The notes under the pieces are model-generated. The model searched no databases, was not told where the DNA came from, and saw nothing but the letters and a program-made list of their open reading frames with translations. The position numbers were made by a program, and so were the translations under genes. A stretch of DNA of 64,000 nt from an uncultured Verrucomicrobiae bacterium (GTDB lineage Bacteria; Verrucomicrobiota; Verrucomicrobiia; Limisphaerales; JAFGQR01): assembly GCA_963788655.1 (NCBI GenBank), contig CAWBHS010000022.1:64001-128000 (forward strand). The letters run 5' to 3'. Position 1 is the first letter of the stretch. Each line of letters opens with the position of its first letter. This document shows positions 33,901 through 45,900 of this stretch, piece by piece.

Positions 33901-36900
33901 GCATTCACCTGGGCAACTGGATCGATGAACAAATCGGCGTTGAGACTGTGGGCGGTTCCCGTCGCGACACTACCATTCAGATCGATGATGACGGGTGTGG
34001 CTGCTTCGGCGTCGGCCTGGGAGGCGGCGAGTTGGATCGTGGTCGCATCCACTACACGGACGTAATACACGGTTCCGTCGGTCAGATTACCAATACTCGT
34101 GCCACCGCCGTTCCGATACAGCACCGCCTGACCGGTCACCAGGCGATGTTCGAAGCCCAGGTTGATGGTGTCATTCGTGCTGTTCACCGCGCCCGCCGGA
34201 TCGAAGACCGTTTCAGCGTAGAAACTGTGCGCGGTTCCCGTGGCGGCATCGGAATTCAGATCAATGAAGACCGGTGTGCCGGCCAGCGCGTCCGCTTGCG
34301 AAGCGGCCAATTGGATGGTGGTGGCGTCCAGCTTGATCGCGTAATAGATCGTTCCGTTCGTCAAGCCACCGATGCTCGTGCCGCCGCCATTGAGGTAACG
34401 GACCGGTTGGCCGGTAGTGAAACCGTGCGCCCGCCCGAAATTGATCGTGTCCGACGCGCTGTTCACCGTGGGCATTGGATCGAACGTCCGCGGCACCGCC
34501 AGCGCCGCTTCCTTGGTCATCGCCAGTTTGATCGTCGTCGCATCCACGACCCGCACAAAATAGGTTTCGCCATTGACCAACCCGCCAACGCTGGTGCCGC
34601 CGCCATTGCGATACACAATCGCGTCACCATCCGCCAAACCGTGCGGCGCGCCCAGGTCGATGGTTTCCTGGTCGCTGTCCACCTGCGTCGCGGGATCGAT
34701 CACCGTGTCCACCCGTTCCAGCGCTTCGACCTCCGAGCGCGCCAATTGGATGGTGGTGGGATTCACCACCCGCACGTAATAGACTTCGCCATCGACCAGG
34801 CCGCCGATGCTCGTGTCGCCGCCGTTGTTGTAAATGACGCGCTCGCCGGGAGTGAATCCGTGTTCGTAACCGAACTGGATGGTGTTCGCCGCGCCGTTCA
34901 CCGCCACCGCCGGATTAAAACGCTCATCCACCAGCAGACCGGAGAGCGTCGGACCGCTCCGCAACACCACGGCAATCCGGCCCGTGGGCGTCTGACTGTT
35001 GATCGTGCCGGGGCCGATATTGACATCCACTTCGCCCGCCGCGGAGACAATCGAAATCAAATCCACCACCAGGTCGGCATCGGGCCGTGGATCGCGGAGA
35101 ATGCCATTCAATTGGAGGTAAATGCTGTCCTGCGCCTCTGCCAACAGCGACGGCACCGGCAAATCATCCGTCTTCACCAATCCGGCCTGCAATCGCGTCG
35201 CTGCCGTGCCGAGCCCGCCGCCGGTGGTGGTGAATTCAAGCTGGCGCGTTTCCAGTGACTGGCCGATACCCGCGAGGATGTCGCCGCCGGCGTTGTGAAT
35301 TAGCGTGGCGCCAATCGGGTTATCGATGAATCCGGCGAGGACGATGTCGTTCAGCGCGCCGCTCGGGTTGGCGGTGTTTTCAATGAGGATGGTGCATTGG
35401 TTGTCGTGCGGATTGACGGTGGATTGGAAACCGCCCCGGTCCAGACGCAGCACCTGCACGATTGGCTGGCTGCGGTCAAAGACTTCGATGTTCCCGATTT
35501 GCAGGTCCTTGGTCGAGTGGTTGATGATGGTGACGTGATCAAAGGATGTTTCGAACTGGAACGTGGCGGTGCCGCTCAGCGAAGCCGAAGATGAACCGGA
35601 GGTGAACAGCGCGCTGCCCAACCGGTTGGCCAGGTCGGCCACAACAACGGTGTTCCCTACGACCGACGCACGGGGCGGCGAACCGGGTCCAAGGTCCGTC
35701 ACAATGGTGCCGGCGGCGTCCACTTCGATTTCCACGTCGGGGCCGCTGTAAATGATTACGTTGGCATTGAAGAGAATCGTGCTGGCGGGCGAGTAATGAC
35801 GATTCTCACTCGTGAAAGTAATTCCGAGCAGGAAATTGGCGCGAGCGGAAGCGCGCGCAGTAACACTGGCCGGAACTACGGTGGACTCGACACGGAGCAT
35901 CCGCGTTTCCAGCAGTGAACCGTCCTGCACTTCCACGTTGGATTTCGGCGCGAACGTGAGGCTGGCATTGGCGTCGGCGAAACCGATGCTGCACTGCGCG
36001 TCCGCAGTCGCACTCCCGCTCAAGCCGCCCATCGTAGCGGCAAGTGCGAGTTCGTCAGTTCCAGTCAGGTGATTGTTCTGGCCTACGATGACTTCCGCAT
36101 TCGCGTTAACATCTACGTTTGCGTCGGCTTCGGAATCCGCCCCCACCGCGCGGGCCCGGGTGTCTGAATTGGCCTTCGTGTGCAACAGCGCAATCTCGGC
36201 CAGCAACGCCGCACTGCCGGCCTCGATGGTGACGCCTTCGCCCAGTTTCGTGAGCGTGCGGCCTGCCAGCGTAGTCGTGCCCGAGAGGCTGGTGTCGGCA
36301 TCCGCATGCGCGCTGGCGCCCAACCCGGCGGCATTGGAATCGGAATCGGCGCTGGCGTTGCTCGAAGTGAGCGCGTGGAACAGGAGGTTTTCGGAGGCCA
36401 AAACTTTCGCTCCGTCGCCCACGCCCACAGTGGTTTCGTAATCCACCGAGGTTCCGGAATCTGCCCGCGACACACCGATCAGACCGGCGCCACGCGCTTT
36501 CGTGTTCGAGGTGGCGTTGTGCGTCGATTCGGCGATGATCGTAAAGTCGCCGCCCGCATGCGCGGACACGCCATCGTCCAAGTAAGCCCCGTTGTTATCA
36601 TTGATCGCGGCGTCGGCCACCGCGGCGCCTTTGCCAAAGACGCCAAACGCGCGACCATCCGCATCCGCGTTCGCCAGGTGGCTGGCGCGCGACGTGATCG
36701 CAACGTTGCCGCCCGCGATGACGGAAGTGCCCGCGCCGACTTCGGCTTCGACAGACGCAGTGGAACTGGCGTCGGCGCGGGTCGCTTCCAATCCGATCAA
36801 ACCGCCGGCCGTCGCACTGGCGTCCGCGGTGGCGCCGTGGCCGGTCAGCACGTTGCCGAGCAGATCGTAATTGTGCGCGGTTTGCAGGGTGAGATTGCCG

Positions 36901-39900
36901 CCGGCATTGATGGTAGCGTTGCTGCCAATGGCCGTGCTCACAGTGGCGTTCACCCGAGCGTCGGCGTCGGTCTCGCCGCGCGCCAATAAACCAAAAACCG
37001 CCCCCGGCGCTTCGGCGTATGCGTCGGCGTCCGACAGAGCCGTGAGCGAAATGTCACCGGCCACTTTGACGACGCTGTTGGAACCAATCGCCGTGCTGAT
37101 ATTGGGCGTTGTCCGCGCGTCGGCTTCCGCGCCAATTCCAGCGAGCAGTCCACCGCTGGCGGCTTCGGCGACGGCATGGGTGGTATTGATCCCTTGCGCC
37201 AGCAGCACGAGGTCGTTGGCGCCCGTCACCGAGCCATTCAGGTGAATCGCCGTCGTGCCGCCGACTGTGGCGGTGGCTTTGCTGGAACCCCAGGCCACGA
37301 GGCCAATCGACAGCGCATACGCATCGGCTTGAGCATCGTTAAACGCTTTCGCTTCGAGCGTGATGTCCTGTCCGGCGTGCAGCGTGGAACCGCTACTGAC
37401 TTCGGTGTTGAGATCGGCCGTTGCCGTGGCTTCGGGCACGGTGCCGTTGGCCGCCAGGAATCCACCAACCGGTGCGTGTGCTTCGGCTTCCGCACCTTTC
37501 CCGGCAAGTGCGCCGCCCGGACCGAAGTTGTGCCAGGCCCGAAGAAGAATGTTGTTACCGGCGGTGACGTTGCTGTTCGCGCCGATGAAGGTTTGGAGCG
37601 TGGGCGCAATTTCGGCGCTCGCCAGGCTAAGTCCGAACGCCGCCGCCCCCAGTTGGAACCGGAAGAGATGGGCCGTCGCGTCCGCAGTGGATTGAGAAAC
37701 GACATTTACGTCATGCGCCACCTGGACATTCGCATTCGCACCGATGGAAGCCCGAAGATCCGGGGCAATTTCGATGTCCGCGAAATTAACGGCACCACTC
37801 CCAATGCCCACCGAGATGGCGTGCGCTTGGCCGGTCGCTTCAATGTTCGTGGTGGCGTTGATCGAAAGATCGTTGACCGCCTGACCTTGAGTTTGCCCTA
37901 CGTTGACGCCATCGCCAAGGTAGGCTTGCGTCAGGCCCTCGGCGGTGACTTTGGTAAACGCCGCCCCGGCCACCACCGCGCCGAGTTGGGCTTCGCCGGC
38001 GGTGGCGGAAATGGTTTCGTTGCGGTCGGCATCCACGTTGACGGTATCGGCTTGCGTGATCGAGGAACCGGCAGCAACGAAAGCGATCTGCGTGTGCTCC
38101 GCCTTCAGCACGACCACCGCCGCGCCTAATAAAACAAATCCCGATTGGCCGGCCAGGGCGGTGGTTTCGAGATCGGAGGTCAGTCCGGCAATCACGTTGA
38201 TGTCGCCGTTGGCCGTCAGCGTGCCCGAAGCGTACGCCAGCGTGTTGCTGGACACATCCGCCACCACCACGGAAGCGCCGATGCCCACCACGCCGAACAC
38301 CGCGCCGCCGGCAAGCGCGTCAAAGCCGATGTCTTCCAACGCCCGCACGTTGATGTCGCCCCCGGCAACAATCACCGCGCTGCCGTCAATGAACGCCGAC
38401 GTGCCCGGCGGCGTGGCGGTGGTCGTGTTGACCGCATTAGTGACGCGCTGCTGCGTGGGCGCCTGGCCGGAGATGGCGGACGTGGCTTGTTGCAGGCCGC
38501 TGCCGAGTTGCCGGGTGCTCTCGGTGGCGACGGACGGATTGCCGGAGCCGTCTTCGTAATTGCCCAATTGCAGCGAAATGGGGCTGTGCGTTTTCTCCGC
38601 TTCCTGGCCGGCAAACGCATCACTGGTTTGCGCGTTGATGTTGGCATCGCCTTGGAGGCTGTTGGCGGAATTGGCGCCGTCCGAGTAACTCGGATCGAAC
38701 ATCGAACCCAGCGACCAAACACTCACCGAACCCGCCAAGGCCACGCCGCCCACGCCGAGACTCAACGCAAAGCTGTTTACGTCTTTCAGCGAAAGCGCAT
38801 TCACATCCACGTCCCGCGACGCATGCACATTCGATCCGGAACCGATGGAAGCCGTGGTATCGTTCTCGACGCGGCCAATATCCACTCCACCGGCCAATGC
38901 CCCGATGCCCACCGCGTGCCCGCCGGCAATGGTCAGAACGTCCACCGCGTTGGCCGCCGAGACGTTCACGCTTTGGAGATTGTTGACGTTCGACCGGTCG
39001 GTATTGATGTCCGCCAACGCGCCGATAAACGCCTTGGTGTCTGAATCAATCAACGTAACCGTCACGCCGCCCGCGACGCCGAAGAACAGCCCGCCGCCGC
39101 CAGCCGGGGCGATGTTCAGCACGTCTTCGCTCGAGGATGACTGCACCGCCACGCCGCGGATGTTCTCCGTCGAGAAGGATGAGGTAATGCCGCCGTCGAA
39201 AACCGTCAGGTCGCCCGCCTGGCCTTTGGCATCCACCGTGGCGCTGGCGCCGATCCAGGAACGGGTGTCCTTGTTGAGAATCATGACACCGACCGAATGG
39301 CCGCCACCGCCGATGTAAATGCCCACGCCGGCGCTGGCGGCAATCATGTTCACCTGGGTGTCGTCACGCGACGAAACCAGCACGTTGCCGTCAGCCGTGA
39401 CGATGGCGCCGTCGCCGATCCAGGCGAACGTGGTCGCATCGAGGGTCAACACCGAAACGGCGCCGGAAATGGACACGGCTCCGGAGACCGCCAATCCGGC
39501 CGTAATGGACAGAACGTCTTCGTCGGCGTGTGCGACAACCTGCACATCCCGGCGGGCTTGGACATGCGCGTCGTCGCCAATGTGCGCCTGAGTGTTCAGC
39601 GTTACCACACTCACGTCCGCGCCCGGCGCCACGGCAAACACCACACCTCCTGCACCTACGCCGCCGATGCCCAAGTGATAGTAATCATTACCCGCAACTA
39701 CCCGCACGGTTTGCGCGCTGTCCGCGCCGGTGTTGTTCTCGTTCACCCGGGCGCCGTCACCGATGAAGGCGTTGGTGGTGACGTTCAGGATGTGTACCGA
39801 ACCGCCAATGTTCACCGAACCCACGACGCCGAAGCCGCCGCTAACGGCGATGGTCTCGATGTCATCCTGGTTGGTGGCGGTGACGGCCAGACCTTTGAAG

Positions 39901-42900
39901 AATTGGGTTTGCGCGGAAGCAGTCCGTTGTCCGGTCAACGCGGCGTCGGTCAATTCGCTTTGGCCATCACCGTTCGCGTCCGCGTTCTGCGAATTGCCAC
40001 TGGTGGACGGCGGTGCTTTGACTTCGCCCAAGGCGCTCAGACTGTGTTGTGCGCCGGTGGCCACCGAAGCGTCCAGATCGATGATCGGCGTCCCGGCGAG
40101 CGCGTCGGTTTTGGTAGCGGCCAGTTGGATCGTGTTTGCATCAAGCACGATGACGAAATACTCATCTTCGTTCGTCAACCCGCCGATGTCCGCGCCGCCG
40201 CCGTTCCGGTAAATCACGGCGTCACCGGTGGTGAAATTGTGCCCGGCACTGAACGTGATGGTGTCGTTGCCGCTGTGGACGTCGTTGGCCGGATTGATGA
40301 AGTCCGGCACGAACGAAACGGTGAATTGGCCGGTGTCGGCATTCAATCCCGGCGTCTGACCCAACGCGGTAATGACGGTATCGTCGCCAACGAAAGCTTC
40401 GATAGTCTTGTTGATGAGGTTGACCGCGGCGGCCGCGCCGGCGGTCACCCCGGCGGAACCACCGATGTTGCCGGCGATCTGGTCCAATTCGGTGTCGTCC
40501 GTGGCGCTAATCAGAATGTTGCCGTTCGCCTGAACAGTCGTGGTGCCCGCGGGCGTTACCGCATCATCCGGATCGTCGCCGATGAAGGCGCGCGTGGTGA
40601 TCGTCATCACATAAACACTGGCCGATCCCATAATGGCTGCGCTGCCACCAATGGCCGCGCCGGGCGCAATGGAAGCAAGGTCTTCCCTGGAATCCGCCAA
40701 CACTTGCACGTCGCCATCCGCCGTCACGGTCACGTCGTGCGCAATGAAAGCCTGCGTACCCTTGTTGATGACTGCCACGTCGGCACCGGCCGCCACCCCA
40801 ACGGTGCCGCCGATGCCCAGTCCACCGGCGGCGCTGATCAGCTTGGTGTCATCTTCGGCGCGTACCATTACGCTCGGATCACTGGCTGCACTGATGGCGT
40901 CCACCTGTGTTCCCGCACCAATGGAGGCGTGAGTGGTGTCGGTCAGCGTATTGACGGTCGCCGAGCCCGCGATTCCGGCCGTGGCCGAACCGCCGCCCGT
41001 TATCGCCAGGGTGAAGATGTCTTCGGACGAAATGGAGGTGACCGCCAATCCCGCATTACCGCCGGTGGCCAAATGGGCATTGCCGCCAATCGAAGCTTGA
41101 ACGGTGTCGTCGCGAACCAACGTAGTGTTGGACGCGCCCACGCCCGCATCGCCGCCAATGCCCAAGCCGCCGGCAATCAAGTCGATCTCGGCTTCATTGC
41201 TCGCAGACACGGTGAGGTTACCACCTGCATCCAGCGTGGCATTGCCGGCTACTTGAGCGTCCGTCTCGGCATCGATGACATACACGGAAGCCGCGCCACT
41301 GACGCCAACACTCTGCCCGCCGCTGACATTCGCGGCCAGCGAAGTGATGCTGTTTTCGGATTGTGCTTGAACGGAAATATCATCCCGCGCGTGAACGGCG
41401 GCGCCATTGCCAATCGTTGCCTGGGTGTCCTGATTGAGCACCCCGATCTCCACGCTCGCACCCACGCCGACCGACGATCCAATGGCGACCACGCCGGCGG
41501 CGTTCACCAAGCGAGTGTAAGCGACGGCGGATAGGATTACGGTTTGAGTCGGCAACGGGGCGCCAAGAATTGTAGCAGCGGACGTGAGTCCGCTCTGCCT
41601 TTCTTCGGCGGAGAAGTGAGCGGACTCACGTCCGCTGCTACCAGTTTCTTGGGCGGGCGCCACGGGCACATTGATTTGCGCGTCGTCGCCGATGGTGGCT
41701 TCGGTGGTTTCGCTCAGAATGGTTACCACCACGGAACCAGCCACCGAGGTTTCGTCGGAGAGCGAGCCGCTGACGGCAATGGCCAGGGGGAACAGGTCGA
41801 AGTCCAGGTTGATGCCAATATCAATATCCACGGGCGCCAACGAATAATTCGCGGTGACGGACAGCGAGTCATTCGCATCGGCCCGAACGCGCGCGCCCAG
41901 CGAAGCGCGCGTGGTGTTGTCGATGTAATTGACCGCCACCGATGCGCCCACGCCCACGTTGCCTTTGCTGAAGACTCCCGCGCCGGCGATGTTCTGCAAT
42001 TCCATTTCGTTCTCCGCTTGAACGGTGATGCCAGCGGCAGAATTCAACGACGCATCATCGCTCACGAGGGCCTGGCTGCTGGTCGTGAGCACCAGGATGG
42101 AAATGGAACCCGCCACGCCAGTTTCTTCGGCGCCACTGCCGGCCAAGGCACGCTCGGTGTAGGCGTTCGGATCCGTGGCGCCCATTAAACCTTGCACCGT
42201 TATCGAAGCAGCCGACACACTGACGCCAGTGCCGATGGATGCCTCGGCAGTCAAGTTGGGAATATTCAACGCCACCGCGGCACCGACGCTGGTGTCGGAA
42301 TCTGTCGCTATGGCATCGGCGGTTGCAGTTGCGGGAACATCAGCGGAAGCGATGAGGCTGAAGTGGCCGTTGGCCTCGATGGTCTGGTTCGCCGCTACTG
42401 AGGCAGTGCTCTCGACAATCACCACATTCACGCTCAGCGCCGCGGCCACTCCAACGTCCGCGGAATCGCTCTTGGTCTTGTCGGAGGATTGGTTGTTGGC
42501 GTTCCCCAGCAGTCCCTTGACCGCGGGTATGACCGCGTCGGAGCCCGCGAAGCTTGCCTGATCACTGGTTTGCTGGTCGGCATCCTTGTCGTCGGGTTTG
42601 CTGCCTTTGGCACTGGCTTTCGCGGTGGCGTTGCTCGTTGTGATGGCGCGGGATGCAATCGATACCGCACCGCCGGCGTTGACGCTCCGGGCTACATTTG
42701 CGACCGCGGCTTCTTCGACCACCGCCAGAACCAACGAAGCCCCGACCGCCACGTCCGTCGCGGCGGTCGTTCCGTCAGCCGAGGTTTCCACTTCGGCGGT
42801 GTGCTTCGCTTCAACCGTTAAATCACCTGTCGCGTTCAACGTGTTGCCGCTGCCCAGATGAGCGGTCGTGTCCGAAGCCTCAATTGAAATGGCCACCGCG

Positions 42901-45900
42901 GCGGCCACCGCCGTGCCGCCGGAACTGCCGGTTTGCGCCGTCGTAGTCACGGTGGTGGTAAAGGTCGCGGACACGGTGACGTCGCGGGCGGTTCCGTTCA
43001 CCTGCGCCGTGTCGGCAATCTCCGCACGAGTCGCATTGGCATCATTGGTGGCAAAGGCAAAATTGAGCGCCGCCGAGGCGCCCACGCCCACATCTTCACC
43101 CGAAGCCCCGCCCTCGGCCGGTTTGGCGGTAGCGACGCTGCTTGAGGTCTTCACCGCGCGCACGATGAGGTCACCACCATTCAACGCGATGGCTGCGCCG
43201 GGAAGAATGCGCGCTTCGGTGCGATTGTTCACCAGGTTCAGTGCCAGCGAACCGGCCACGCCAACGTCCTTGGCGCCGGCGCCAGAAGTGGCTTCGGCCG
43301 TGATCGTGTGCGTGGTGTCGCCAGAAACGTCGGTCATCACTGACTCAACCGTGACTCCCTGCGCGTTGACGCTGGCGTTGTTTCCAATGCTGGCCGCGTT
43401 GACGGCTTCCACGTAATTGATCGCCACGGCGGCGCCAACGCCGGTCGAACTCTTGACGGTGGTGGCGTTGGAGTTGGCGGAAGCGTCCACGTTGTTGGAG
43501 GTGCTTACAGTGAATTGACCGGCGGCAATCACCGAGGTGTTGTCCGCCAACGCTGCTTCGGCTTGAGCGATGACAATGTTCAAAGCCAGCGTCGCGGCCA
43601 CCCCGACTGGTCCGTCGCTGGTTTCGGCGGAAGGCGTATCGTCCGAGGAAGTGCCGCCGGTGTTTTCCGCGTGGTCCTTTTGCGCTTTAACCTGCTGGTC
43701 GGAATTGTCCTGCGACCCGGTCTTGCTGGAATCGGTGCCTTTGGCGCTGGCTTTACCGTCGCTCATGGCGGAGGACGAGGCGTGACTGCTGATCATGGCC
43801 GCTCCACCCGCGTCCAGATCACGCGCAACAGTGGCGAAGGTCGTATCATTGATAATGTTCAGAGCCAGCGAAGCGCCAACCGCAACATCGGCCCCGGCGG
43901 CTTCGCCATCGGCAGTGGTGGTGACATTGCCGGTGTGGGTAGCAGCGGCGCCGAAATCGCGGGTCAGGGTGGTCGGGTTGCCGGTACCAAACCGGGCCGT
44001 GGTTTCGTTGATGGAAATGGAAATCGCGACGCTCGCGCTCACCGCGGCGCCACCATCGGACGTGGCTCCGGTCTTGGCCATGGTGGTCATGGTTTGACTC
44101 GAAGTGGCATTGAGCTTCATGTCGCGGAGTGTTCCGGTCAGTTGAGCAGCGTCTTCAATCTCGGCGCGAGTCATGGTGTCGGCGGCGATGTTCAGAGCCA
44201 GGGAGGCGCCTACGCCCACGTCGGAACCCGAGGCGCCACCGGTGGTCGTCGGCTGCGCGGAGGCGGTGTAAGTGGCAGTATTGGTCGCGGTCAACTCAAC
44301 GTCGCCACCCGCAATGATCACGGCAGCACCCGACTTGACCAAGGCTTCGGTGCGGTTCTTGACGATGTTGATGGCTAACGCGCCGGCGACCCCAACGTCC
44401 GAGGCGCCGGCACCGGACATGGCCGTAGCACTGAACGTGTGGGTGGCGTCGCCGGAACTCGTCATCACGGCTTCCAGTGCGAGGCTGCCGGCGTTGACAT
44501 TGGCGTTGCCAGCAATCGACGCTTCGTTCACCACTTCGGCATAGTTGATTGCCACGGCGGCACCGACACCCACGCCTGATCCGCCTTGGGCGGGACTGGC
44601 AAAGTTCGAGCCGCCGCCGGTGCTGCCCTGCACGGTGCTGGCGTTGGCTTGAGCCGAAGAGTCGGTATCGTTGCTGGCGCCGATCGCCAACGCGTTGCTG
44701 ACTTGGACCGTAATGCTTCCGGTTGTCGAAGCGTGGGAGGTTGAATTGGCCAGGTTCACCGCAATGGCCGCCGCCACACTGACGGTGCCATCGGAGGTTT
44801 CAGCGGAAGGCGTGTCGGTGGTGCCGGAATCCGCCACGCCGTTGTCCATCGCCTGTTGATCACCGTAATCGCGTTGGTTGCCGGTCTCCTGGTTGACGCC
44901 GTCAGCCGGGGCTTGCGAATTTTCTTTGGTGCCTTTGGCGCTGGCGGTTGCTTCGGCCTTGCTGGTGGCCGCGGAATGGGCGTTGACCGTAGCGCTGTCT
45001 CCGGCCGTTAGGGAACGAGCGAGAGTGGCCGTGACAGTGTCGTTGGCAATGTTCAACGCGAGGGACGCACCAACTGCCACGTCAGAGCCGGCCGCGGTGC
45101 TGTCAGCAGTCGAGGTGGTCGAAGCAGTGTGCGTTGCCGACAGGGTCAAGTCGCCGGACAAGCTCACGGCATTGCCAGTGCCCAGGCGGGCGGTCGTGGT
45201 ATTATTGGCGATAGTGATCGCGGCGGCGGCACTGACGCCGGTTCCGCCCTGCGATTCGGCGCCGGTACTGGCGGCCGTGGCCAAGGTATGATTGGCGGTG
45301 GCGGTGAGCGACAAATTGTCCGGAGTGCCATGAAGTTGAACCGTATCTTCGATCTCCGCCCGCGTGGTGTTCTCGGTAATGCTGAGCGCCACCGACGCGC
45401 CTACACCAACGTCTGAACCGGTGGCGCCACCTGCAGTTGTTGGCTTGGCGTTCACGGTGTGTTCTGATTGATTGACTGCCGTCAACTGGATATCGCCGCC
45501 GTTGACGGTCACCGATGTGCCCGATTCGATGATGGCTTCACTGGTATTGTTGACGATGTTGATCGCCAACGATCCCGCCACGCCGGTGTCGGTCGCGCCG
45601 GCACCGCTGGTGGCTTCGGCTTTGAACGTTTGCGTCGTGTCCCCGGAAACGTCCGTCATGACTGCTTCTTGGGAGAGACCACCCGCGCTGATAGTGCTAT
45701 TGGCACCGATGCTCGCTTCGTTGGTGGTTTCGACCCAGTTCAGCGCTACGGCCACGCCGACACCGGTCGTCGTGGCTTTGCCCGTAGCTTGGCCATCAGC
45801 CGTGGCGCTGGCGTCGGTCTGATTGGAAACGCTCAAGGTCAGCAGGCCACCCGCGATCACGTTGCCGTTGGCAGGAATCATGGCTTTCGCATTATTAAAT

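Noticed and set aside
32745..34920. Regularly recurring DNA motifs that might suggest a CRISPR array
   Set aside because: The repeats are degenerate at third codon positions, have 200-330 bp periods and are protein-coding. There are no identical 25-45 bp repeats with unique spacers and no cas genes.
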